DNA of 64,000 nt from an uncultured Clostridia bacterium (GTDB taxonomy: Bacteria > Bacillota > Clostridia > TANB77 > CAG-508), in the NCBI GenBank assembly GCA_963556825.1, contig CAUWAM010000005.1:2609-66608 (forward strand), in the 5' to 3' direction. The position numbers were made by a program, and so were the translations under genes. The notes under the pieces were generated by a model that saw only the letters and a list, made by a program, of their open reading frames with translations, was not told the origin of the DNA and ran no database searches. Positions 48,904 to 57,735 of this stretch are shown piece by piece (within the stretch, counting starts at the first letter, position 1; the number at the start of each line of letters is the position of its first letter).

Positions 48904-49641
48904 ATGAAAGAAAAAATAATTGGATTAATTCCTGCAAGAATGGGAAGTTCAAGATTTCCTGGTAAGCCAATTGCTAATATTTGTGGAAAACCAATGGTGT
49001 ATTGGGTATATAAGCAGGCAGAAAAAGTCAAAGAACTTGATGAAATCTATGTTGTAACAGAGGATGATATTATTGCTGAAAAATGTGCTGAATTTGGAGT
49101 TCCTTATTGGATTGAAAAAGAAGAGACAACAACAGCAGCTGAAAAATTATCCTATACAGCAAGAAAAATGGATGGAGATATCTACTTGAATATTCAGGGA
49201 GATGAACCATTAATTAAACCTGAAGCAATCAAACAGGTTATTGATGCAATGAAGGCGAACAAAGATGTAGACTACGTAGGACTTCGTTCAAAGATTGATA
49301 CGGAGGAAGAGTTTAGAAATCGGAATGTTGTAAAAGTTGTTGTTGATGCAAACGGATTTGCAATGTATTTTTCGCGTAGTCCAATTCCGTACACATATGA
49401 TTCTAATAATACTTTTAGAGTTTTAGGATTGTATGGATACAGAGCAGATTTCTTAAAGAAATTTGCGGATTTTAAGAGAAGTAAATTAGAAAGTCTTGAG
49501 TGTGGCGTAGAAATGTTAAGGGTGATGGAAAATGGATATAGAATTCAGTTAATTGAAACTGAATATACAACCATTGGGGTTGATTTACCGGAACATATTG
49601 CCATTATTGAAGAAAAATTGAAAAATTCGGTTCAATATTAA
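48904..49641 (+). CDS. KdsB/NeuA-type cytidylyltransferase (CMP-ulosonic acid synthetase family)
   Basis: GLIPARMGSSRFPGKPIANICGKPMVYWV, NIQGDEPLI, YFSRSPIPY. The ATG is preceded by aaggaggg. Confidence 0.8.
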   Translation: MKEKIIGLIPARMGSSRFPGKPIANICGKPMVYWVYKQAEKVKELDEIYVVTEDDIIAEKCAEFGVPYWIEKEETTTAAEKLSYTARKMDGDIYLNIQGDEPLIKPEAIKQVIDAMKANKDVDYVGLRSKIDTEEEFRNRNVVKVVVDANGFAMYFSRSPIPYTYDSNNTFRVLGLYGYRADFLKKFADFKRSKLESLECGVEMLRVMENGYRIQLIETEYTTIGVDLPEHIAIIEEKLKNSVQY

Positions 49642-49662
49642 GATTTAACTTATTAAAAAGTG

Positions 49663-49694
49663 ACAGACTACTCAAAATTGAGTAGTCTGTTTTC
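49663..49694. terminator. bidirectional terminator inside the element
   Basis: 11-bp perfect stem acagactactc/gagtagtctgt, then tttc. Confidence 0.6.
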
Positions 49695-49744
49695 AACGTA
49701 TAAAAGTATTTTGAAGTTATTGATTTATATTTGCAATAAATGCA

Positions 49745-50170
49745 TTAAAATAGGTATTGAACTGTTTGTTCAGGATACAAGACAAATTGGTTACTCTTAA
49801 ATTTTTCAATATCTATCCATATTGCTTCTAATTCCGAATTATCATCGATGACATTGTATTGTTCTTTATAGTCTTTGGAATCGATATAAGCTTCGTAGAA
49901 GAATACTAATTCATGTGCATCTTTTCCTTTATAATGAAAGATATTTTCTGAGATTCCTAAATATTTTCCAATTTTAATTGATACATTAATTTCTTCTTTG
50001 AACTCTCTTTTTAGAGCGTCTTCACTTGTTTCTAAAAATTCTATTCCTCCACCTAAACATCTAAAAAATTCTTGATTTTTTTGTTTATCATAAAATCGAC
50101 TAACTAATAATTTTCCATCATTTTTAACTAATCCTAATACAATAGGTCTAATTTCCTTGAATTTGTCCAT
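49745..50170 (-). CDS. Nudix hydrolase (second cargo copy, not a close paralog of the first)
   Basis: Nudix box GGGIEFLETSEDALKREFKEEINV. The start is chosen at MDKFKEIRP. Confidence 0.75.
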   Translation of the reverse strand: MDKFKEIRPIVLGLVKNDGKLLVSRFYDKQKNQEFFRCLGGGIEFLETSEDALKREFKEEINVSIKIGKYLGISENIFHYKGKDAHELVFFYEAYIDSKDYKEQYNVIDDNSELEAIWIDIEKFKSNQFVLYPEQTVQYLF

Positions 50171-50383
50171 AAAAATACAATTTCCTTCCATAATATAATT
50201 TTCTAATAATCATAATTTAATATTAATAAGCATTTACTAATTTATTTATTATTAAATACTATTTAACTTTTCCAATGTCATTTGTTCTTCAGTGCCATCA
50301 TCATTTAAAAGCATAATATCTTTTAAATTACCACCTAATCTAGTATGCTCATTTCCACCATCACTATATACTTATGGTTTCAA

Positions 50384-51334
50384 TTACTTTAATTTTAAAT
50401 TCTTTGTAATATCATCTGATAAGTCTTTACTAGGAATTTTAACAAATATACCTTTTTCAGTTTGTATAACATTTTTTGAAATAGATTTACTTCTACTTTT
50501 ATAAACATTAGCTTTATTCTTACATTGAGGTGTATCATATTCAGCCTTTGGATTATTTGCAATAAAAGCCTTATTACAGAAATTACAAACTTTAAGTAGT
50601 CTAACATCCTGTGCCATTTGCATTGAATATGCAATATCAACAGCTTGTTTTAAATAATTAATTGTAATTCCAAAACTACTATTTAAATATAATTCTCTTA
50701 TATTAGATGTTATGTGATTTGCATTTAAGAAAGGCAAGTCCATTGTTACATTTTTATTTTCTAATGTTGAACTTAAAGTTTTATATAATGACCTAGCATA
50801 ATTTAAAACTAATTCAACAGACTCTGCATAATTTACATTATATATTAGGTATTCATTTATTATTGATGTTAAATAACTTTCTTTTTTAGTATCACTAGCA
50901 ACATCTTTACATTTTTTAATTATAGCATTTATTTCTTTCTTATTTAATTTAGGTAAGAAGAATTTTAAATATTCATCTACATTCATAAAATCAACATTCT
51001 CTTTATTATTTATATAGAACGGATCTCTTATTGTAACTTTATCTTCAAATATAAAATATCTACTAATTGCTAAATCTATCATAAATCCAAAAGAACCATA
51101 TTTAGAATAGAAGTTAAGCAACTCAAAATCTTCAAGAGGTTCTTTATAAAAAACTTTCTTACCAATATTTAAAACTTCAATTAGTAATTCATCAATATTT
51201 TCTGTTATGCTAATAGTTCTTTTTGTAGCATTTTCTTCAGGTAGAATATATCTCTTTCCTTTAAATTTTTCTATTTTATATTTGCTAAATGCATAACAAA
51301 AAGAAGATGATTCAATTCTAAAATTTACTTTCAT
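50384..51334 (-). CDS. hypothetical protein with C-terminal Cys4 zinc-ribbon-like tail
   Basis: CNFCNKAF...YDTPQCKNKANVYKSR at the C-terminus. The start is at ATG 51334 after gggag. No family recognised. Confidence 0.5.
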   Translation of the reverse strand: MKVNFRIESSSFCYAFSKYKIEKFKGKRYILPEENATKRTISITENIDELLIEVLNIGKKVFYKEPLEDFELLNFYSKYGSFGFMIDLAISRYFIFEDKVTIRDPFYINNKENVDFMNVDEYLKFFLPKLNKKEINAIIKKCKDVASDTKKESYLTSIINEYLIYNVNYAESVELVLNYARSLYKTLSSTLENKNVTMDLPFLNANHITSNIRELYLNSSFGITINYLKQAVDIAYSMQMAQDVRLLKVCNFCNKAFIANNPKAEYDTPQCKNKANVYKSRSKSISKNVIQTEKGIFVKIPSKDLSDDITKNLKLK

Positions 51335-51369
51335 ATTTTTAACTCCCAAATTTTTTTAAATAAATTTAT

Positions 51370-51459
51370 TGTAATCTATTAATAATAATAACCGATTACA
51401 TTATAATATTTTTATAGAATGTAATTGATTATTTGTAATAATAGAATACATCAATTACA
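51370..51459. promoter_or_regulatory. operator-like inverted repeats built from TGTAAT(C/T) half-sites in the divergent region upstream of xis
   Basis: tgtaatc (51370-51376) pairs with gattaca (51394-51400). A 10-bp perfect inverted repeat tgtaattgat (51420-51429) pairs with atcaattaca (51450-51459). An extra tgtaata lies at 51434. Confidence 0.45.
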
Positions 51460-51720
51460 ATCCACTGTCAAGAGAATTGACTAAAATTCTTGGAAAGCAC
51501 ATTGAAAATTGAATACCCAATAGCTAAATACATTATAATGATACACTTACACAGCCACAGCTCGAGCGTGATAAAACCGTCGCAAGCAATGGGTGTAACT
51601 TGGCTAGATAGCGAAGTGGTGAGAGTCCAGTGAAGTATAAAATACTTGTTTAGAATTGCCCAGAATAGAGGGACAGGAAAAATATCATTCAAAAATACAA
51701 CAAAAGGAGGAATAATAAAT

Positions 51721-51933
51721 ATGGGAGTTAATACACAACAAAACTTAATGAATATTTTAACTACAAAAGATGTAATGAAAATCTTAAAAATAGGAAATAA
51801 AGCCTGTTTAGAGCTATTTCACAAAAAGGACTTTCCTTGTATGAAAATAGGCAGAGCCTTTGGAATTACAGAAGAAAATTTTGTAGAATATTTTAAAACA
51901 AGAAGAGTTGAAGATGATGAAAGAGGAAATTAA
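51721..51933 (+). CDS. xis: excisionase-type helix-turn-helix protein (Xis)
   Basis: 70 aa. LTTKDVMKILKIGNKACLELFHKKDFPCMKIGRAF is HTH_17-like. RBS aaaggagg. It lies directly upstream of the integrase. Confidence 0.65.
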   Translation: MGVNTQQNLMNILTTKDVMKILKIGNKACLELFHKKDFPCMKIGRAFGITEENFVEYFKTRRVEDDERGN

Positions 51934-52101
51934 AAAAGAAGATTTAAATATGCGACATTTAAATCTTCAAATACACTTATGTATTATTAAACTGAAAGAA
52001 AAACTATTGCTATTAGTTTCCTTAACTGATATAATTATACCATAAAATTCAGATTTAGCAATAGTTTTTCTTTAAATTCAAATAGAAAAGGAGAAATCAA
52101 T

Positions 52102-53469
52102 ATGATAGAATTTAAAGGAATAACTGTTGGAACTTATATCTCAAGAAAGCCGAAAAAGGGACAACCAAAAGATATTTGTTCTAATTGCGAAAGTATAAAA
52201 AAATTACAGAAGAAAAAAGTAGACAAAGAAAAAGAATATGACATATGCAAAATTTGCGAAAAATGTTATGTTTCAAAATCATCAAAGGCACTTTTAATGG
52301 TTGGACGAGATCAAACAACAGGTAAAATAAACAGAAAGACATTTGTTGCAGATACTGAAGAAATAGCATTACACAAGGCACTAGAATATAAACTGGAGCT
52401 AGACAAAAATGGCGGACCGAGAATTATTACTAAAAGCAACAAAACATTAGTAAAACTTGTAAAACCTGTTTTAGAAGAACAGTATAAGTTAAAAGATATT
52501 AAAGCTTCAACTTTTAAAAGAAAAACTGATACATTGAAAAAAATAGGAGAAGAAAAATTTGCAAATAAGCCTATTGCGAAAGTTACGAGAAAAGAAGTTG
52601 TAGATTATCTATCAACATTAGTACCATATTCAACATCAACAATTAAGCAAATTTATGAACTAATTTGTATAGGGTATGGGGAAGCACAAAACCAAAAAAT
52701 CATAGAAGAAAATTTTATGACTGGATACAGGAGAATTTCCAAACCAAAAAGCGAATACAACTCTGACAAAAGAAAAGCATTAACCATTCAAGAAGAAAAG
52801 ATACTTGTTGATTACCTTAATTCAGTAGATTATAGCAAATGTAGAAATAAATACTTATTTTTACTAATGCTAACAACTGGAATAAGAATAGGCGAAGCAC
52901 TTGTTATTGACTACGAAAAAGATATTGACCTAAAAAATAATGAATTAACAATACGAAGAACACAAACAAAAGATGAAGATGGAAAAATGATTATTGGAGA
53001 AACAACAAAAACCGATAATAGCCTTAGAACAATAAAAATGAATAACATTAGTAGGTCAATAATAGAGCAAGCCTTAAAATACAAAATAACGAACAAAGAA
53101 AAGCTTTTATTCTGTCAAGCAAATGGAAAAATGCACGAAGAAACATCAATAAATAGTTGTTTAAAAAGAATTGCAATAAAATTAGATATTGGAACTTTTG
53201 AAGATACAAATAACAAAGGAAAACTTGTAACAAAGACTGATGTTCATAATCATATGTTAAGAGGAACTTTTGCAACAAGATGTGCAGAGGCTAAAATTGC
53301 TCCAGTAGTATTACAACAAATACTTGGTCATAAAGATATTACTATAACAATGGAATATTATATTGACGTAGATACTGAATTTATTGAATCTGAAACAGAT
53401 AATGCAATTCAATATCTAATTGATAAAAATATCTTTGGAGTTGTATTACCAGAAGAAAAAGTAGCTTAA
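52102..53469 (+). CDS. int: tyrosine-type site-specific integrase
   Basis: Catalytic-region motifs TGIRIGEAL, HNHMLRGTFATR, LGHKDITITMEYY. There is an N-terminal Cys-rich (CxxC...CxxC) extension. Confidence 0.85.
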   Translation: MIEFKGITVGTYISRKPKKGQPKDICSNCESIKKLQKKKVDKEKEYDICKICEKCYVSKSSKALLMVGRDQTTGKINRKTFVADTEEIALHKALEYKLELDKNGGPRIITKSNKTLVKLVKPVLEEQYKLKDIKASTFKRKTDTLKKIGEEKFANKPIAKVTRKEVVDYLSTLVPYSTSTIKQIYELICIGYGEAQNQKIIEENFMTGYRRISKPKSEYNSDKRKALTIQEEKILVDYLNSVDYSKCRNKYLFLLMLTTGIRIGEALVIDYEKDIDLKNNELTIRRTQTKDEDGKMIIGETTKTDNSLRTIKMNNISRSIIEQALKYKITNKEKLLFCQANGKMHEETSINSCLKRIAIKLDIGTFEDTNNKGKLVTKTDVHNHMLRGTFATRCAEAKIAPVVLQQILGHKDITITMEYYIDVDTEFIESETDNAIQYLIDKNIFGVVLPEEKVA

Positions 53470-53527
53470 TTAAACTGAAGAAAAATTGTGGAAATTCAGC
53501 AGAATTTCATAGTATTTTAAACTAGAA

Positions 53528-53551
53528 ATTTCCGCAAAAATGTTCCGCAAT
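53528..53551 (+). repeat. two direct copies of (A/G)TTTCCGCAA(A/T) (candidate arm-type sites, right arm)
   Basis: atttccgcaaa at 53528-53538 and tgttccgcaat at 53541-53551, between the int stop and attR. Confidence 0.5.
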
Positions 53552-53612
53552 GCGAAAAAAATTGGTTGTAAGTATTGATATATCAAAGAAAATAGTACGA
53601 GGTGAACTACCC

Positions 53613-53624
53613 TCGCCTCGACCA
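53613..53624 (+). repeat. attR core (displaced copy of the tRNA-Pro 3' end)
   Basis: tcgcctcgacca, preceded by ccc as in the tRNA T-arm. It lies 144 nt downstream of the integrase stop. Confidence 0.7.
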
Positions 53625-54170
53625 TATTAAAAACTCTATCTCATAGTATTTGAAGATATTCCACAATATCAGAGAATATTTGAGGTAGTATTTTTTTGCC
53701 TTATTTTAGCTGTGTATAGCCGACAATATTCTCTAGTTGCATTAAAACTATATTAAAAATATCAAATTTTTGTTGAATTTTATATAGTTATAGAAATTTA
53801 AAATATTTTTATAAAATATTTTAGAAATTTTAATATGTTCGTTGAAAACTTACATAGAGCGGAAAGGGAGCAAAGTTATATGACTAATCCTGACCTTATT
53901 CTAAAATTGGTTGAAATGCTTTTATCTCTTTCAGCTAATAACTTTTCAACCAATTCTCGAATAAGTTCGGCTTGTGTCATCTTGTTTACCCTCCTTTCCG
54001 TTTTTAAGCAAAAACTACCTTTAGACAAGAAAGGTTCTACCTACTATACAACAAAATTCAATGATGTAATTAAATAATTACGTTAAAAAGTATTTTAAAT
54101 TAATATAATTATAGTTAATAATATAAGAGCTAAAACTAATAATAATTACTAGTTTTAGCTCTTTAAAAAA

Positions 54171-55937
54171 TTAATTCAGTATTGTTTCTACTACTTGTAA
54201 GTTCATGTTTAAGTTATACCATTCCTCATATATGCTATTTGTAATCTTACTTGGTATTCCAAAAGCTGTTGCGTAAGCTAAATATTTATCCCAAATAATA
54301 ACAGATTCTAAATCTCTATTCTTTATTAAACTATAATCGTTTATATAATTTTTCAATTCTAACAGTTTTAATTGCTCTTTCTTTCCTTCTTTAGTTAAGA
54401 TAATACCTTGACTACGATGTACTATATAAATATTAAGAAAAATTGCAAGTAATGTAAATATGAAAAATATAGTATGATATTTAACAATATTTATAGAAGT
54501 ACTTATTATTATAAATATTGTTAATATAATTGCCAATACTAGTCCTATATCTATTGCATTTTGCTTTTGATTTTGCTTTTGCTCTTGATTATTAGTTATA
54601 AATTCTTCTCTTATAGTCTTTTTGCTAATATAACTTTTTATATAATAAAAAATTATAAAAAAGTTTAATATAAAAAATAACATTCCCATTGAATTTGGAC
54701 CATTCAAAAATATTCGTGGCATATTTATACTAATTAAAATAGAACAAAGTCCAATAGCTTTATTTAAAAATGTAAGTCCCTTAGAAAAAATATTCATAGA
54801 GTAAAGTTTTTCTAATAAAAATTTTTTAATTAAACTTATTTCATTAGAAAATTGGATTGTTGATTTATTTGAATTAGCAAAAATATTATTTATATCGCTA
54901 AATGTTATAGTTTCATTTTTAAATAAAAGATTTACAATACTTTTCTCATGTGTTTCAAGGTTATCATAAGATACTAGTTCTAATGTATTATTATTAATAA
55001 TATTGATATTTCCTTTAATGCTTAATTCTATAATAGTAGACATTATTAATTCCTTTAAACCAATTTTCCTATCTATAATAGCCTCAGCCAAAATTGGAGA
55101 AACTAAATCTGATGTATCTCTTCGATAGTTAGTTACCTTTTGTTTTTTATTAATAATTAATGAAATTATTAATAATATTACTGAAATAATAATTATTATT
55201 ACTAAAATATATATTCTTTCATTAATATAGCCATATTCTTTAATTTCATTTGAGATATTAGGATTAATAAAATCGGAGTTTATTGTGTTACTAAGATATG
55301 TATTTATATTAAATAATATATTCATATCAGTAGTTTTATTTAGATTATTCACATAAGCAACATATCCATCTGTAGTTTTACTTATTTTCGCATTATCTAC
55401 AGTTAAGTTTGTAATTGTATTATTTGAACTTAAGTTTATTGTTAAATTATTCAAATAATCAATATTTTCTAAATCTATATAATATGAAAAAACATCTGTG
55501 TTCGTATATCTTGCAATATAATCTAAATCTAGTTCATATGTTAATTTTATATTTACATTTTTATTTGTGATTTTTAAAAGATTTAATAACCTTTTATCTA
55601 TATTTATATAGCCTTTTAATAAATCCATATTTAAATTTGTTGAATAAAAATCATCTGAATTGTTTATATAAAGTTTGACATTATCTAAATATTCATATTC
55701 TTTAAAAAAATCATATTTAATTTCTTTTTTTGAAGCAATATCAAAAACCATTACATCTTCACAAATTATTTTATTATCTAAAATATTAATATTTATTGTT
55801 CTACTATCTATTCCTACATTTTTAATGTTTTGCTTGTTAGTTGAAGTAGTAGAATCATTTATGCAAAATAAACATATTAGAATAGCTATTATAATCATTA
55901 ATATTGATATTATTATTTTCTTTATTGATTCTTTCAT
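54171..55937 (-). CDS. DUF2207-like membrane protein
   Basis: 588 aa: signal anchor, large extracytoplasmic N-domain, and a C-terminal TM cluster ending WDKYLAYATAFGIPSKI. Assignment is from memory. Confidence 0.55.
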   Translation of the reverse strand: MKESIKKIIISILMIIIAILICLFCINDSTTSTNKQNIKNVGIDSRTININILDNKIICEDVMVFDIASKKEIKYDFFKEYEYLDNVKLYINNSDDFYSTNLNMDLLKGYINIDKRLLNLLKITNKNVNIKLTYELDLDYIARYTNTDVFSYYIDLENIDYLNNLTINLSSNNTITNLTVDNAKISKTTDGYVAYVNNLNKTTDMNILFNINTYLSNTINSDFINPNISNEIKEYGYINERIYILVIIIIISVILLIISLIINKKQKVTNYRRDTSDLVSPILAEAIIDRKIGLKELIMSTIIELSIKGNINIINNNTLELVSYDNLETHEKSIVNLLFKNETITFSDINNIFANSNKSTIQFSNEISLIKKFLLEKLYSMNIFSKGLTFLNKAIGLCSILISINMPRIFLNGPNSMGMLFFILNFFIIFYYIKSYISKKTIREEFITNNQEQKQNQKQNAIDIGLVLAIILTIFIIISTSINIVKYHTIFFIFTLLAIFLNIYIVHRSQGIILTKEGKKEQLKLLELKNYINDYSLIKNRDLESVIIWDKYLAYATAFGIPSKITNSIYEEWYNLNMNLQVVETILN

Positions 55938-56088
55938 TATTTATCTCCTAGTAATTTTTATTATTTCAATTTTATTTTTCAAAACATTTTTCTGATTTTT
56001 GAACAAAGCAATTCATCTAAATATAAAGAAAAATTGACTTTGTTTTTATATATTTATATAATAACACTTTTTTTATGTTTGTCAAATG

Positions 56089-56784
56089 CTAAGAGTTCAA
56101 ATATTGATAACTTCCATCCATAAACACAAACAAATCGCCTTCTTTAGCACTTTCATATAAATCTTGTGGAAAAGCTACTTCTTCAATACCATCACTTGTA
56201 CCATCAATACTATTCAAATCATAAAGCCATATGCGACCAGAAGATTTTTCGCCAACTTCATAAACATGTCCATCAATTCTATGGTGTGATAAATATTGCT
56301 TTTGTTCTTCGATTTTTTCCATAATCATAGAATTAATTTGACTAGAAACAACATGGGTTGCTTCTAAATCTAAAGACAATCCATCAGAACTTTTAATTAG
56401 AATACTTCCAAGTTCAGAACCAGTTGGTAAATTATCAAGACTTTCAGTTAGAATTTCATTAGTCTTGCAATTATAAAGATTATAACAATTATTTTTATTA
56501 GAACTTATATTATAAATATAAAACATATCTTTATTTTCAGTAATACAATTAGCATAATTTTTTAAAATATTATTTCTTTCAATTAAAATTTCATCTCTAT
56601 ATTTTGTAGTTATTTTAGTATTGAAAAGAGTTAAATCATCTAAAGATAAATCAACCCAATTATTAGTAAAAGAATTGTTTGAAGAGTTTTTTTCTAAATA
56701 ATTTGATAATTCTTTTGTAAAGTTTTGAACTAATTTATTTTCTTTTAAATTATTAAATAAATTATTTATTAAGTCTAAATTCAA
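56089..56784 (-). CDS. hypothetical cytoplasmic protein downstream of the nuclease gene (possible nuclease partner/inhibitor)
   Basis: 231-aa ORF with RBS aaggaggg, 27 nt after the nuclease stop. There is no signal peptide. Confidence 0.45.
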   Translation of the reverse strand: MNLDLINNLFNNLKENKLVQNFTKELSNYLEKNSSNNSFTNNWVDLSLDDLTLFNTKITTKYRDEILIERNNILKNYANCITENKDMFYIYNISSNKNNCYNLYNCKTNEILTESLDNLPTGSELGSILIKSSDGLSLDLEATHVVSSQINSMIMEKIEEQKQYLSHHRIDGHVYEVGEKSSGRIWLYDLNSIDGTSDGIEEVAFPQDLYESAKEGDLFVFMDGSYQYLNS

Positions 56785-56811
56785 TATACAATCCCTCCTT
56801 TTTATAAAAAT

Positions 56812-57540
56812 TTATTGAATATGACTTTCTCCTGTTGCATAATCAATAATTATTCCAGGTTGTACATTATAGCAATAAACATTAAAACAAATACCGCGTC
56901 CGTTATCTTCAATTGACCAAGCTTCCATTTGAACACCACTTGCCAAAAGATTATTATCTTTAAAAATAGGAGTTATTTTATACAAAACGTGATTATTTTT
57001 GTTTTCTTTAATATAATTTGCAACTTTATTTTCAAAAGGTAACATTCCTTCTACATTTAAATATCTTGTACCTGTAATTAGATTTTGTTTGTTTGCATCT
57101 TCATCTGATAATTGGTAACCAATTAAATGACATCTATTGTATAAATATTCTCCATTATATTTCTTTTGTTTCCAACCAGTTGGCTTAACAGAACTAATTT
57201 CTCCACGCTTATCTCCAGCAGGGGGCATTGTTTCTTTGCAAATATTTGCAAATGCTACACCACATCTACTAAGTATGTCTAATTCACTATAGTTTTCAAA
57301 ACTTTTTGTAGTATAATCTTGTTCATTAAAAGATGGAATATTATTATTTATTTCTACATATGGACTTGATGAATATGCAGGTATTGAAGATAAATCTATT
57401 GATAAATTTTCTGTATTTTTATTATCTGTTAAATTTGCAGTTTGAATTATAAATCCATAAAGTACAATACAAATTAAAATTATTATTGATGCAATAATTT
57501 GAATATAATTCTGTTTTTTATTTCTTTTTCTTTTGCTCAT
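56812..57540 (-). CDS. membrane-anchored DNA/RNA non-specific (DNA-entry, EndA/NucA-like) nuclease
   Basis: TGWKQKKYNGEYLYNRCHLIGYQLS...NLITGTRYLNVEGMLPFE matches the Endonuclease_NS_2 type. There is an N-terminal Lys-rich segment plus a TM helix. Confidence 0.7.
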   Translation of the reverse strand: MSKRKRNKKQNYIQIIASIIILICIVLYGFIIQTANLTDNKNTENLSIDLSSIPAYSSSPYVEINNNIPSFNEQDYTTKSFENYSELDILSRCGVAFANICKETMPPAGDKRGEISSVKPTGWKQKKYNGEYLYNRCHLIGYQLSDEDANKQNLITGTRYLNVEGMLPFENKVANYIKENKNNHVLYKITPIFKDNNLLASGVQMEAWSIEDNGRGICFNVYCYNVQPGIIIDYATGESHIQ

Positions 57541-57735
57541 ATAATTACCCCATTTAAAAATATTCATAAAATCTAATTTTTTAGTAAAAAGAACTAGATT
57601 ATCACGAATGAAGAAATCTAGTTCAATAAATAAAAAATATATAAATATATGAATTTATAAGCAAATTGTAGCAAAAACAATAAAATAAGTCAACAAAAAA
57701 AGCTAAAAAAGTTTAAAAACTCAACAAAAATAAGA

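Larger units (their letters stand above)
41023..53624 (+). mobile_element. ~12.6-kb integrative mobilizable element inserted in the 3' end of tRNA-Pro
   Basis: A 12-bp direct repeat tcgcctcgacca occurs at 41023-41034 (tRNA 3' end) and at 53613-53624. The tyrosine integrase and Xis lie at the right end, with RepA_N, TnpV, MobC and a relaxase inside. There are no conjugation or phage structural genes. Confidence 0.75.

Noticed and set aside
50292-50640. ORFs 50292..50504 (plus strand) and 50395..50640 (minus strand, alternative frame) at the 3' end of the zinc-ribbon gene.
   Set aside because: They overlap the better-supported 50384..51334 gene, lack an RBS and have a repetitive translation.
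41023-53624. Prophage or full ICE interpretation of the tRNA-Pro element.
   Set aside because: There are no capsid, tail, terminase or lysis genes, and no T4SS or coupling-protein genes. Only Mob and Int/Xis functions are present, so it is called an IME.
53835-54077. 80-aa plus-strand ORF just outside attR.
   Set aside because: It has no RBS and a low-complexity translation. A minus-strand mini-ORF with a strong RBS explains the only coding-like signal here.
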